Virus record (IMG/VR): IMGVR_UViG_3300044991_001466
Origin: a virus
Lineage: Duplodnaviria; Caudoviricetes
Reading direction: 5' to 3' (one strand)
Length of the DNA: 64,000 nt
Shown: positions 1 through 10,534 of the stretch, piece by piece
Numbering within the stretch: the stretch's first letter is position 1
Layout of the letters: every line of letters starts with the position of its first letter
Position numbers and translations under genes: made by a program
Notes under the pieces: model-generated
Seen by the model: the letters and a program-made list of their open reading frames with translations, nothing else
Databases searched by the model: none
Told to the model about the DNA's origin: nothing

Positions 1-2
1 AC

Positions 3-1658
3 CCTAATGCAACTGTTGCTCACCCTTTTGCAAATGAACCGGTTCAAGGTGGAACTTGGTATCCCGTAATAAAATCAATTTATTTAAATGGAACAAAATA
101 TTCGGCATATAATGTAAATGGTGTATCATATAGTCCTGATTTATTAAATTGTTTAAGTACAGTTACGGTAAGCAATTATAATTGTACTACGGGTTATCAA
201 AATTCTACATACCCAATATACATTAATTATACTAACACAACAACAAACTCAGCGTTAGCGAATAGAAGTATTAGATTTGATTTATCGAGTGGAATTAATT
301 ATTTCGCTTGGAATTTTGCGGGACAAGTAGTTTCTGATTTTATTAAAATAAGTTATTTTAATGTATTGACCCAAACTAAAACTCAACTTGAATATTGGCA
401 AATTGGTCGAGATGCAGGGTCGACTAATTTAACCTCAAATCCTAAAGTGTGTAGTGATTATTCATTACAAAGAGCAACAGATTTAACATCTTTTAATTTT
501 TCAGAGGGTAATTATTTAATTATTGAACTAACACCTAATTCAGGTAATAGTAATACAAACTGGAGTTTCCAATGTAAATGTTTAACAGATAGTGGATGTG
601 CTGACATTATTGACCCAACCGAAGATTTTGGATATACAACTGCAGGAATTACAATGTATTATGATAATGTAAATTGTGGATATGGAATTAATGGTTTAGT
701 TAAAACAAATGTACTTTCAGGAACATCATTTTATGATAATAATTTTACTAGATATAATACTTCATATATCAATGCTTATATTCACTCACAGTCATCCTTA
801 CCAACACCTTTAATTTTAAGTGGAAGAACTACCGCTCAAGAACATGGAAATGGTTATGTGTACTACTATTGTCAAAATCAAAATTCGTATACCACAGTTA
901 CAAAAGTTGGTAATGTTATCACATTTGATTTTGATAATTTAGCGGATTACAACGTATATAAAACACAACATACTGAAGCAATGAATAGTAGTTATATGTC
1001 AAATTACACCTCAGATACTACTAATATAAATCATTATAAGTTTTTTCAAATTGGAGTAATTGAAGGTTTAACTTGTGGTGATAATACACAAGGACAGGCT
1101 TGGTATACGTCACACGTATCGAGTCCAATCGTTTTCAATGATTCAACTAAAAAGATTACATATACTATTGTTAATGTTGTTAATGGATTACCAACTGGAA
1201 ATGTATGTGATACACGTCACACTAATGTAAATTATTATATTAGTAATATTAATAATGCAATTAACGCGAGTAATTTCACATACCAAACTTATATAAGAAA
1301 AGGTGACGGTGGATATTATAGAGCACTTGCCGTTAGGTCTTTGTATGAGTACGTATTCACACAAACCGAAAGTAATACTGGAATTTACACTGACTATATT
1401 CCCGTAAAGCCAGGTGTTTGTGAATCAACACTAATTTCTAAAAATTGGATAGATAGAGGAGTCTCATATTATAATTACATACACGGTATTCAAGTTACAA
1501 TTACTAATGAGAGTGACCCATTAAATAATTTTAAAGTTAATAGTATGGTAAATTATACCACGAAAACATATAATGGTGTTTACACTAAAATCTTTGAAAA
1601 AATAAACGGAGTGGTAAAAACATCCTCAGTTGGTACAACAATAACAACAATACCTTAA
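3..1658 (+). CDS. 5'-truncated virion structural protein (Asn/Thr/Tyr/Cys-rich, beta-rich)
   Basis: Frame 3 is open from base 3 (PNATVAHPFANEPVQGGTWYP...) straight into the ORF-track protein at 366, so the true start lies upstream of the window. It sits at the head of a structural gene run. Confidence 0.7.
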   Translation, partial: PNATVAHPFANEPVQGGTWYPVIKSIYLNGTKYSAYNVNGVSYSPDLLNCLSTVTVSNYNCTTGYQNSTYPIYINYTNTTTNSALANRSIRFDLSSGINYFAWNFAGQVVSDFIKISYFNVLTQTKTQLEYWQIGRDAGSTNLTSNPKVCSDYSLQRATDLTSFNFSEGNYLIIELTPNSGNSNTNWSFQCKCLTDSGCADIIDPTEDFGYTTAGITMYYDNVNCGYGINGLVKTNVLSGTSFYDNNFTRYNTSYINAYIHSQSSLPTPLILSGRTTAQEHGNGYVYYYCQNQNSYTTVTKVGNVITFDFDNLADYNVYKTQHTEAMNSSYMSNYTSDTTNINHYKFFQIGVIEGLTCGDNTQGQAWYTSHVSSPIVFNDSTKKITYTIVNVVNGLPTGNVCDTRHTNVNYYISNINNAINASNFTYQTYIRKGDGGYYRALAVRSLYEYVFTQTESNTGIYTDYIPVKPGVCESTLISKNWIDRGVSYYNYIHGIQVTITNESDPLNNFKVNSMVNYTTKTYNGVYTKIFEKINGVVKTSSVGTTITTIP

Positions 1659-1662
1659 TAAA

Positions 1663-2103
1663 ATGATAAAAAATTTAAATTGGACAAATAACGGAATACC
1701 TAATTATGATACAAATAAATGGGTATTTTCAAATGATAAGTTACACATTAACTTATTAATTACTGACAATGATTATGCAGAACAATATAATTTATTTGGA
1801 ACATTTATCGTTGGTGAAGAAGAAATAAATCTACATGTTAATATTTGCGGAATTGGTGACGGGAAAATTGAAAATAACGAGAATATTACATTTTTTTTAG
1901 ATGGTGAGAACATAATAAATGGTTTAACACCTCAAATTGACAATTTAGAAAATGGAACAGGTTCAATTCTACAAATGTTAAATAAACAACTACCACTTTC
2001 ATTAACCGCAAACAGTTCTCATGTTATTAGTATACAGTTTCATAATTTAAGTGGATTTTTAAAAGAAAACACCAATTACCAAATAAGTTTAAATTGTATA
2101 TAA
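1663..2103 (+). CDS. hypothetical protein
   Basis: 146-aa ORF tightly packed after the previous stop; no motif recognised. Confidence 0.6.
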   Translation: MIKNLNWTNNGIPNYDTNKWVFSNDKLHINLLITDNDYAEQYNLFGTFIVGEEEINLHVNICGIGDGKIENNENITFFLDGENIINGLTPQIDNLENGTGSILQMLNKQLPLSLTANSSHVISIQFHNLSGFLKENTNYQISLNCI

Positions 2104-2133
2104 AATAAAAATTAAATAAGTTATTTATAAAAG

Positions 2134-4977
2134 GTGAAAAAAATTAAACATTCGATAAGTAGAAAATCAATCCCCCAAGTGAAATTAGTTTCATTAACGG
2201 GTAAGACATGGTTTGATGCGGACGGAAGTTTATTTGAATGGTCAGGAACTACGGGTAATTTACCTACGGGATTAACCCCAACAACCGGTTATGTTGTTTA
2301 TAACGTAACTGGCGGAACTGTAACTGGTGGTTATTATTATAAATGGGGAATACCTACAGGTAACACATGGAATAAAATCACAGGAACAACATCCTATATT
2401 AATTCACAAATATATGATACTCACCAAGTACCATTATTTTTAGAATCATCGGTTGATGAATATGGTCCAATGGTTGATTTTGATGGTGATGTTGAACAAA
2501 ATACAATTACCGCCAATTTTGATTATGATATTAGTTGTACGGATTATACAATAACAATCAATAACACCACAAATTTTGGTAAGTTAAAACAACTTAGAAA
2601 TGCAACATACACGGTACATTTTGACGACGGTTTAAAATTACCAATGAATGCAAATCAATCACTTATTAGGAATTTTTCAACAAATGGAGTTCAAAATATT
2701 AAAATCACATTAGATTCACCATTCTTTACTTCACATATTTCTAAAAGTGTTATTGTAGATTGTACTCAATTTGTTAATGCGTCACCAACGCCAACAAATA
2801 CGGTAACACCGACTATAACCGCTACACCAACCGTAACCCCAAGTGTTACACCAACAAGAAACGCAACACCAACTGTTACTAGAACAAGTACCGTAACACC
2901 AACTATTACCAAAACAAATACATTAACACCTACGGTTACACCAACTATAACTGTAACAAATACTGTTACACCAACAGGAACTCCAACAAGATCGGTTGAT
3001 AGTACTCCAACGCCAACAAGTACTGTTACTCCAACATCACTTACACCAACACCTACAACTACAGTAACACCAACTGTTACCCCAACAATAACTGTATCAC
3101 CAACAAATACAGTTACACCAACTGTTACATCCACAACTACTGTTACTCCAACTGTAACCTCAACAGTAACTCCATCAACACCAGACCCAACACCGGCGGA
3201 AACATCTTCACCAACCCCAACTGCCACGGTTACTCCAACAACTACCGTTACACCAACTGTGACATCAACTACAACTGTTACTCCAACCGTAACACTAACA
3301 CCAACAGTAACACCTACGGTGAATTGTTCATTCGGTATCGGAGTTGTGGTATTAGCACCTTCACCTACACCAACAACTACGGTAACACCTACAACAACTG
3401 TTACGTCAACTGTAACACCAACTGTTACGTCAACAATCACATTAACACCTACAGTGACTTCAACAATAACTGCAACACCAACAGTTACAACCACAGTTAC
3501 CCCAACAACAACCGTAACACTAACACCGACAGTTACACCTACGGTTGATTGTTCTTTTGGAATTGGTGTTGTGGTATTAGCGCCTTCACCGACGCCAACT
3601 ACCACGGTTACAAGTACTGTAACTCCAACAATAACAATCACACCAACTGTAACATCAACAACTACTGTTACTCCAACCGTAACACTAACACCGACAGTTA
3701 CACCTACGGTTGATTGTTCATTTGGTATTGGCGTTGTTGTGTTAGCACCGTCACCGACGCCAACAACTACAGTTACAAGTACAGTTACACCGACAGTCAC
3801 AGTAACACCAACTTTAACATCGACAGTTACATTAACACCAACAGTGACCCCAACAAATACGGTCACATCAACTATAACTTTAACACCTACAGTTACTACA
3901 ACACCAACAGTGACATCTACGGTAACACCTACGGTGGATTGTTCATTTGGTATTGGGGTGGTAGTATTGGCTCCTTCACCTACGCCAACAACTACGGTTA
4001 CACCAACTGTAACTTTAACTCCAACTGTAACCTCTACAGTTACACCAACTATAACTCTAACACCAACCGTAACACCTACTAAGGATTGTTTCTTTGATGC
4101 AACATTTACTGAAACATTTACACCACCAAATGAATCTCCAACTTGTGCCTGTTATTCATATACAAATACAACTGATACTAATGGTGAAGTTTATTATACT
4201 TCTTGTTTAGGTAATTCTCCAACAACATCATATGTTAATGCCGGTTTAACCATTACATTTTGTGCGGTATATGGACAATCTGTAACTGCAACATCAGGAA
4301 CAATCGGTGGATTATGTGGTGGTTTTGTTCAATCTTGTCAGGATGATAGTTGGTGTAGCTCTTGTGGTTCTAATATCCCAAGTTCAACTCCAACTCCAAC
4401 AATAACCGCAACACCAACTCTAACACCAAAACCTGCGTCAGTTCCAAGTATTAGAACTAATTCATGTCCTATAGTAACATACAATTCGTTACCTCAAAGT
4501 GGTAATGGTACAATAACTATTGGAAGTAATACCATAACTACAACATATAGTGGTGTTAATACATTATTAACCAATCAAGCTGGCAATTTATTGGTACAAC
4601 CTGTAAATTGCTTACCGGGGTCATATCCAACCGGATATAATTTATGGTTAGGAACATATGCTGGAGCCTTCACATATACCATGACATTTTCACAATCAGT
4701 TAATAACATTTTATTAATGGGTTACGGTAGTGGACAACGACAAGCACCTTCATTATATGAACGTTTTATTATTACAACAAATTCAGGTAATCCAAGCTTA
4801 GTAATATGTAATGGGTGTGGTGGTTATACACAAGGAAATAATTTATACGTGAATTACCCCGGAGATCAAGGTGGTAATACACAAACATTAATAACAGCGA
4901 GTTCATCATTTACTAGTTTAACAATAACAGGAAATGGTGGTCTATTAGGAACTTTGTTCTTACTAGGATTACAATGA
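2134..4977 (+). CDS. mucin-like Thr/Pro/Val-repeat virion protein (putative fibre/decoration) with Cys-rich C-terminal domain
   Basis: About 440 aa of TPTVT repeats punctuated by four CSFGIGVVVLAPSPTPT nodes. The N-terminal region has an Ig/PKD-like stretch (TYTVHFDDG...IKITL). TATTTATA lies just upstream. Confidence 0.75.
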   Translation: MKKIKHSISRKSIPQVKLVSLTGKTWFDADGSLFEWSGTTGNLPTGLTPTTGYVVYNVTGGTVTGGYYYKWGIPTGNTWNKITGTTSYINSQIYDTHQVPLFLESSVDEYGPMVDFDGDVEQNTITANFDYDISCTDYTITINNTTNFGKLKQLRNATYTVHFDDGLKLPMNANQSLIRNFSTNGVQNIKITLDSPFFTSHISKSVIVDCTQFVNASPTPTNTVTPTITATPTVTPSVTPTRNATPTVTRTSTVTPTITKTNTLTPTVTPTITVTNTVTPTGTPTRSVDSTPTPTSTVTPTSLTPTPTTTVTPTVTPTITVSPTNTVTPTVTSTTTVTPTVTSTVTPSTPDPTPAETSSPTPTATVTPTTTVTPTVTSTTTVTPTVTLTPTVTPTVNCSFGIGVVVLAPSPTPTTTVTPTTTVTSTVTPTVTSTITLTPTVTSTITATPTVTTTVTPTTTVTLTPTVTPTVDCSFGIGVVVLAPSPTPTTTVTSTVTPTITITPTVTSTTTVTPTVTLTPTVTPTVDCSFGIGVVVLAPSPTPTTTVTSTVTPTVTVTPTLTSTVTLTPTVTPTNTVTSTITLTPTVTTTPTVTSTVTPTVDCSFGIGVVVLAPSPTPTTTVTPTVTLTPTVTSTVTPTITLTPTVTPTKDCFFDATFTETFTPPNESPTCACYSYTNTTDTNGEVYYTSCLGNSPTTSYVNAGLTITFCAVYGQSVTATSGTIGGLCGGFVQSCQDDSWCSSCGSNIPSSTPTPTITATPTLTPKPASVPSIRTNSCPIVTYNSLPQSGNGTITIGSNTITTTYSGVNTLLTNQAGNLLVQPVNCLPGSYPTGYNLWLGTYAGAFTYTMTFSQSVNNILLMGYGSGQRQAPSLYERFIITTNSGNPSLVICNGCGGYTQGNNLYVNYPGDQGGNTQTLITASSSFTSLTITGNGGLLGTLFLLGLQ

Positions 4978-4989
4978 TAATTATAAAGA

Positions 4990-6060
4990 ATGGCTAGATA
5001 TTTTGACATAAAAATTACAACGGGAACAGCCCCTGGACCATATACAATCTATTATGATTCTATAGGTGCGGGAAATATTGCTACGTTAACAAGTAATAGT
5101 CAACCAGCCACTAATTTATCATATAATACACTAACAGCGGGAAATGGTGTTAGTGTTACAATACCCGATGGTAGTTATGCATTATTTCTTTATAATGAAA
5201 CTTGTGATATTAATATTCCAACATCTTTCCCAAGTCCAACACCAACCACAACACCAACGTTAACACCGACAAATACTGTTACACCAACATTAACCGCAAC
5301 ACCAACCGTCACACCTACTGTTGACTGTTCATTTGGTATCGGAGTGGTAGTATTGGTTCCTTCACCTACACCAACAACTACGGTTACACCAACTATAACA
5401 GTAACACCAACAATTACACCAACTGTAACTTCAACTGTAACCGTTACACCAACGGTAACACCAACTAAGGATTGTACATATGAATTTGAATTTAATCCAA
5501 TTACAGTTCAACCACCATCAACTATTGAAGTTGGTAGTGCATTAATTGACGTGTTTGTTAATTCAAGTGTTACAGAAATGAAGTTAGTACAATCAACATC
5601 AGCCACATCTGAATTTAATCAGTTTGTTTCTTTATCTGGCACAAAATCTGATAGAAGATTACCGTCAAATATTATACCGGTGTCTAATAGTTATTTATTG
5701 GCACCATTTGATAAATCATTGACTACGTTCTATAGATTTGGTATTAACATTTCATTATTAAAACAAAATTATCCAAATATTAATGTTTTTGAATTTGATT
5801 TATTTGGAAAAAGAACAGATGGTTCATCAGGTGATATTGGAATTAAATTTACCAAAGGAATTAAGATTAATTCATTGATTGATGCCTCATCAAATAACGG
5901 AATAGATTTTGCTCCAGTTACAGCACATCCAAATGACGTTGTTGAGGTAGACCCATCAAATGTTACACGTATAACAGAGTTAGACGAAGTTTTCCAAAGA
6001 TTTGCAACATTTGTCTATAATAAAACTAATAATACTTTTACCTACACAAACCTTATTTAA
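4990..6060 (+). CDS. Thr/Pro-repeat structural protein
   Basis: N-terminal domain paralogous to 6066 (GT..GPYTIYYD.IG..NIAT); TPTVT tract with one CSFGIGVVVL node. Confidence 0.7.
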   Translation: MARYFDIKITTGTAPGPYTIYYDSIGAGNIATLTSNSQPATNLSYNTLTAGNGVSVTIPDGSYALFLYNETCDINIPTSFPSPTPTTTPTLTPTNTVTPTLTATPTVTPTVDCSFGIGVVVLVPSPTPTTTVTPTITVTPTITPTVTSTVTVTPTVTPTKDCTYEFEFNPITVQPPSTIEVGSALIDVFVNSSVTEMKLVQSTSATSEFNQFVSLSGTKSDRRLPSNIIPVSNSYLLAPFDKSLTTFYRFGINISLLKQNYPNINVFEFDLFGKRTDGSSGDIGIKFTKGIKINSLIDASSNNGIDFAPVTAHPNDVVEVDPSNVTRITELDEVFQRFATFVYNKTNNTFTYTNLI

Positions 6061-6065
6061 TATAA

Positions 6066-8129
6066 ATGGCGATATATTATAACATAAAATTAACTTCAGG
6101 AACTTCAAGCGGACCGTATACAATTTATTACGATACGATTGGCCCGAGTAATATTGCCACGATAATTTCATCTGGCGACCCTGCTAGTGGTTTAAATTAT
6201 AATACCGTTACAATCGGGGTTAATGTTTCAGTACCTGATAATGCAACGTCAATTTATGTTTATAACACAACTTGTAGTAGTAGTGATATCTTCCAAATAC
6301 CAGCTCCAAGTCCAACACCGACACTCACAAGTACACCAACGTTGACACCAACAATAACAGTAACACCTACGGTGGATTGTTCATTCGGTATTGGGGTGGT
6401 AGTATTGGCGCCTTCACCTACACCAACAACTACAGTTACGTCAACTGCAACGGTAACACCAACAATTACACCAACATTGACACCGGCCCCAACATCAGAT
6501 GTAACATCTACACCAACGGTTACGCCAACAAATACGGGTACACCGGCACCGACATCTGATGTAACATCTACACCAACACCTACAATAACACCTACGGTTG
6601 ACTGTTCATTTGGTATTGGGGTTGTGGTATTGGGACCATCTCAAACACCAACACCAACTCATACATCTGCAGTTACATCCACACCAACTGTAACACCAAC
6701 CCCAACCACAACATCTGAGGTAACGTCTACCCCAACTGTAACACCAACAACGGCAGCGACATCGACACCAGCACCAACATCGACACCAGCATCAACACCA
6801 ACATTGCCAGCACTTTCAGTTTCAGTAAGTTCAGCAACATTACAAACTTGTTGGAATTCTAATGATGCGTCATTTACGTTAAGTGCTAGTGGTGGTAACG
6901 GAGCACCATATGAATATTCAAGAGATAATTCAAATTGGCAGTCAAGTGATACATTTAGTGGTTTAGCTGGTACGTCATATACAGGATATGTTAGAAATGA
7001 TGATCGTTTAGGTACTGTGGCAAGTACTGCAGTTGGTAGTTTAGCTAGAAGTCAACCAGAAGTAAGTGTTTCAAGTGCCGGTTACCCATCTTGTTGGAAT
7101 AGTAGTAATGGTTCATTAGTATTAAGTGGTTCTGGTGGTTCTGGAACATTTTATTATAGTATCGATAATGGTGCTAATTATCAATATAATGATGCCTATT
7201 TCCCTAATTTAACATCTCAAACATATTACATTAGAGTTAAAGATACTAATAATTGTGAATCACAGTCATTAGTACCATATAACTTAACTACAGGAGAACC
7301 GTCAGCTGATTTTACACCTACAAATATATCATGTAATGGTGGTTCAGATGGAACGATTGCGACTTCTGTAATTAATTCTAATGGAATTTATTACAGATAC
7401 AATGCGGGTGCTGGATTCACAAACACAAGTGGAACTAGATATAATGTTGGTACGTCTAGAGGAAGTTTAACCTCAGGTTCATATACTTTTAGAATTTATA
7501 ACTCTAACGAATCATGTTATAAAGATTATACTATTACATTAACACAACCAACTCTACAAACAGCATCTATCACAAGTATTGTAGGAGCCACAAGTGGTGA
7601 CAATGGTTCATTAACAATATCTTCAGGTGGAGGTACTTGGAATAAAACATATAGATTATACAAAGATAGTACAACACCATACAATGATTATCCTACCGAT
7701 AATTTAATCGCAACTTACAGTAACGTAACTGCAGGTTCACCATCATTTAATGTGACAGGATTAGCTTGTGGATATTATTGGTTACAAGTTACTGACGCAA
7801 ATGGATGTCAAACAAATACAATAGCATATCAAGTTACATGTCCAACACCTGCAGTAACATACTATCCTGTTGAATTACGTACAGGTCAAGCTGGTGATAA
7901 CAGTGATTTTGGTAGTGCATGTTACAACTTGGCTAATGGTGCTTTGATGGATGTTGTAATATACACAGAAACGGGATATTTTGATGATGGATATCAAGCA
8001 TATACTAACAGTGGTACACTTTATACGGGTCTTGGTTATTATACTGACGGAATAAATTATGGAAGAATAATAGGAGGAACTATAACCCTTCAAAATTCAT
8101 GTACCGGTGGACCAGTAACTCGGTATTAA
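6066..8129 (+). CDS. Thr/Pro-repeat structural protein with SprB-like repeats
   Basis: TPT tract with two CSFGIGVVVL nodes, then about four repeats of C..G..DG/NG-S-x-SGG..PY.YS.D...Q....F..L....Y...V.D.NGC type, characteristic of Bacteroidota SprB adhesin repeats. Confidence 0.7.
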   Translation: MAIYYNIKLTSGTSSGPYTIYYDTIGPSNIATIISSGDPASGLNYNTVTIGVNVSVPDNATSIYVYNTTCSSSDIFQIPAPSPTPTLTSTPTLTPTITVTPTVDCSFGIGVVVLAPSPTPTTTVTSTATVTPTITPTLTPAPTSDVTSTPTVTPTNTGTPAPTSDVTSTPTPTITPTVDCSFGIGVVVLGPSQTPTPTHTSAVTSTPTVTPTPTTTSEVTSTPTVTPTTAATSTPAPTSTPASTPTLPALSVSVSSATLQTCWNSNDASFTLSASGGNGAPYEYSRDNSNWQSSDTFSGLAGTSYTGYVRNDDRLGTVASTAVGSLARSQPEVSVSSAGYPSCWNSSNGSLVLSGSGGSGTFYYSIDNGANYQYNDAYFPNLTSQTYYIRVKDTNNCESQSLVPYNLTTGEPSADFTPTNISCNGGSDGTIATSVINSNGIYYRYNAGAGFTNTSGTRYNVGTSRGSLTSGSYTFRIYNSNESCYKDYTITLTQPTLQTASITSIVGATSGDNGSLTISSGGGTWNKTYRLYKDSTTPYNDYPTDNLIATYSNVTAGSPSFNVTGLACGYYWLQVTDANGCQTNTIAYQVTCPTPAVTYYPVELRTGQAGDNSDFGSACYNLANGALMDVVIYTETGYFDDGYQAYTNSGTLYTGLGYYTDGINYGRIIGGTITLQNSCTGGPVTRY

Positions 8130-8196
8130 TTTGACATAAAAAAAGATTTAAAATGAAACAAAATAAACATATATTTATAAATAAACATAATTAATT

Positions 8197-8904
8197 ATGC
8201 CAGGCGCACTTATACAAACACAGGTCTCAATAAATCTAACAGGAAATTCTTCAGTTCCAGATAATTTTACAATTAAAATATATCCTTGGGATTCCGCAAC
8301 TGATGCGGTTTCAACGACTAGTAGAACCTACGCCACAGGAGTTTCAAGATCTACAACCTCAGCAATAAATGGTGGAACATTAATTAGTGGATATGGAATT
8401 TCACCCATTTATCAAACTGACTATCAAATTGAATTAATTAGTACAACAACCTGTACAACGTCAGCAACTATTACTGTTGAAGGTGACCCCGATTTCTTAG
8501 AACAAATTAAATCAATTTATCAACCAAGTACTTTCACCATTAGTGAAAATTTCCCAAATACTGGACAGGTTGATACTGTCAATAATAATGGGATGTACTT
8601 AATTGGAGGATTTTCAACTTTAGCTACCGTAGAAATATTACCATATTTAGACGCGGCAGATTTTACTGTAAATGCTGGACAACAACGATTTGGGGACGAT
8701 ATGCCAGTGTATGATCAATATCAATATGGGCCATTTAGTTCTTTTATTATAACCAAAGTGGGTAAAATACTTACACTTAAAGGAAACCCAAATCAATCGC
8801 TACAAACTTCAAATAATACTTATAAGGGATCGTTTACATTAACATACGTTCCATCTAATGAAGATTTAAATTTTACATATTGTTATACTGCGGGAATGAT
8901 TTAA
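8197..8904 (+). CDS. hypothetical structural protein
   Basis: 235-aa Thr/Ser-rich ORF in the structural cluster; TATTTATA upstream. Confidence 0.6.
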   Translation: MPGALIQTQVSINLTGNSSVPDNFTIKIYPWDSATDAVSTTSRTYATGVSRSTTSAINGGTLISGYGISPIYQTDYQIELISTTTCTTSATITVEGDPDFLEQIKSIYQPSTFTISENFPNTGQVDTVNNNGMYLIGGFSTLATVEILPYLDAADFTVNAGQQRFGDDMPVYDQYQYGPFSSFIITKVGKILTLKGNPNQSLQTSNNTYKGSFTLTYVPSNEDLNFTYCYTAGMI

Positions 8905-8982
8905 TATTGACTTTATATAGTTCCTAAAATTAATTACATTAGATAAACCTTATAAAGATATTTATAGGTGTAACTAAATAAT

Positions 8983-9588
8983 ATGGCGGATTCCTTAGGT
9001 TCAATAACATTTACAATTCCTTATACTTCAAGTGAGATTACACAAACTTACTTGAATGACTATGATTATTCAAAAACGGGGTTTACCGCCACATCCACAG
9101 GATATACGTTTATTGCTATTGGTACAAGTAGATTATCAGAATTAAAAAAATATGGTTCAGGTGGTTATACTCAATCATTAACGTCAGGTTCAATGAGTGA
9201 CGGAACAACATACACTGGATATACGATTGATACACTTAATTTTCAAGATTTTTCGGATGGTACCACTCAAATTATAGGAACCACACCAAATTTTAGACAT
9301 ACAACAACAGGTTTCACTATGAGTGGTGCAACCGACGGGTTTTCTACCAAATTTGGATACACCACAGGTAATACTACAAATTTTGCAACTGAATACGTAA
9401 TAAATAATATGTTAACTCGAAACGAACATTTCTTGGGATTTGTGGAACAACCTACCGTTTATTCGGATGTTTTTGTGGAGAGGGGAAAACAAGGAGTGAT
9501 GGAGAATAACCTTCGTTTGGGGGAGATTGACAACATGGGAGAATTAAGCGTTTATGGAAATAAATTCTTTACGATTAAAAAACAATAA
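8983..9588 (+). CDS. hypothetical structural protein
   Basis: 201-aa ORF; Thr/Gly-rich N-terminus and a globular-looking C-terminus (EHFLGFVEQPTVYSDVFVERGKQ). Confidence 0.6.
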   Translation: MADSLGSITFTIPYTSSEITQTYLNDYDYSKTGFTATSTGYTFIAIGTSRLSELKKYGSGGYTQSLTSGSMSDGTTYTGYTIDTLNFQDFSDGTTQIIGTTPNFRHTTTGFTMSGATDGFSTKFGYTTGNTTNFATEYVINNMLTRNEHFLGFVEQPTVYSDVFVERGKQGVMENNLRLGEIDNMGELSVYGNKFFTIKKQ

Positions 9589-9613
9589 GATTTATATTTA
9601 TTAATAAAAGAAA

Positions 9614-10534
9614 ATGGCAGTAGGATCATATGGTATAATTAGACCGGCGGACGTTTCACCATCAGATGTGGAGATTTTATATCATTACACAGCTAATAGA
9701 ACATCCACGGCCGAAGTAACATTAAAGAAATTAGTATCTGAGGATATATTGACACCTGTGTATCATAATGATGCAACCACAGATTCAACAACCGCACCTA
9801 ATAATGAAATTATTGGGGGATTGTATAATTTGAAATTAAAATCTGCGGATTTCTCAGAATTGGGAATTTACACATTACATATTAGACCAAAACAAATTAG
9901 AACTTCAATTACGGATTGTGGTGTTTTAGCGGCATTACCATCGGTTAGGGGTTTGGTTATTGATTTAACAAATGTACCTTCACTTGATAAAAATAAGTTT
10001 ACACCACAGGGTTTAGTGGGATATAGAGTTGAGTATATTAATAGTGCAAACAATCAAAAAGTACCCAATTTTTACAGGGTGGTCACATCTTCTTTCTTTT
10101 GTGAACCGGTTGTTTCTAACTTAACAACCACAACAGAAAAGGCTATAAGATATCGTTATAAGGATTCAGCAACAAACTTAATGTTTTTAACTTTAACACC
10201 ATCTTCAGCACCTTCAAGTAGACCAAACGTGGTTCCATTTATTGGTGAACCAAGTCAAAAAATTATATTAACAAATACCTTCTTTAATCCAACAACAGTT
10301 GAGGTTGAAATGGTTGAACATGATTCATCAACATTGGCACACGCACTTTACGGTAATCAATCTAAGGCGGTTGCCCCTGGTATATACACAATTTACGATG
10401 AGGCTAATAACATCTATAAACAATATAACTTATTTGAAATTAAGGATGAGTTTAATAATAGTCTTTTCGAGGTTAGAGAAGAAAGAACAAATATTGATGA
10501 GACTTTAAATTTAGATAATATCACTAACGCATAA
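9614..10534 (+). CDS. hypothetical structural protein (large-phage type)
   Basis: 306-aa ORF coupled to the next gene by a TAATG overlap. Confidence 0.65.
   Translation: MAVGSYGIIRPADVSPSDVEILYHYTANRTSTAEVTLKKLVSEDILTPVYHNDATTDSTTAPNNEIIGGLYNLKLKSADFSELGIYTLHIRPKQIRTSITDCGVLAALPSVRGLVIDLTNVPSLDKNKFTPQGLVGYRVEYINSANNQKVPNFYRVVTSSFFCEPVVSNLTTTTEKAIRYRYKDSATNLMFLTLTPSSAPSSRPNVVPFIGEPSQKIILTNTFFNPTTVEVEMVEHDSSTLAHALYGNQSKAVAPGIYTIYDEANNIYKQYNLFEIKDEFNNSLFEVREERTNIDETLNLDNITNA

Noticed and set aside
2766-3866. 366-aa minus-strand Val/Gly-rich ORF, plus short alternate-frame ORFs at 3324, 3714 and 6377
   Set aside because: Shadow frames of the ACN-rich TPTVT repeats, which lack stop codons on the other strand; no independent start context.
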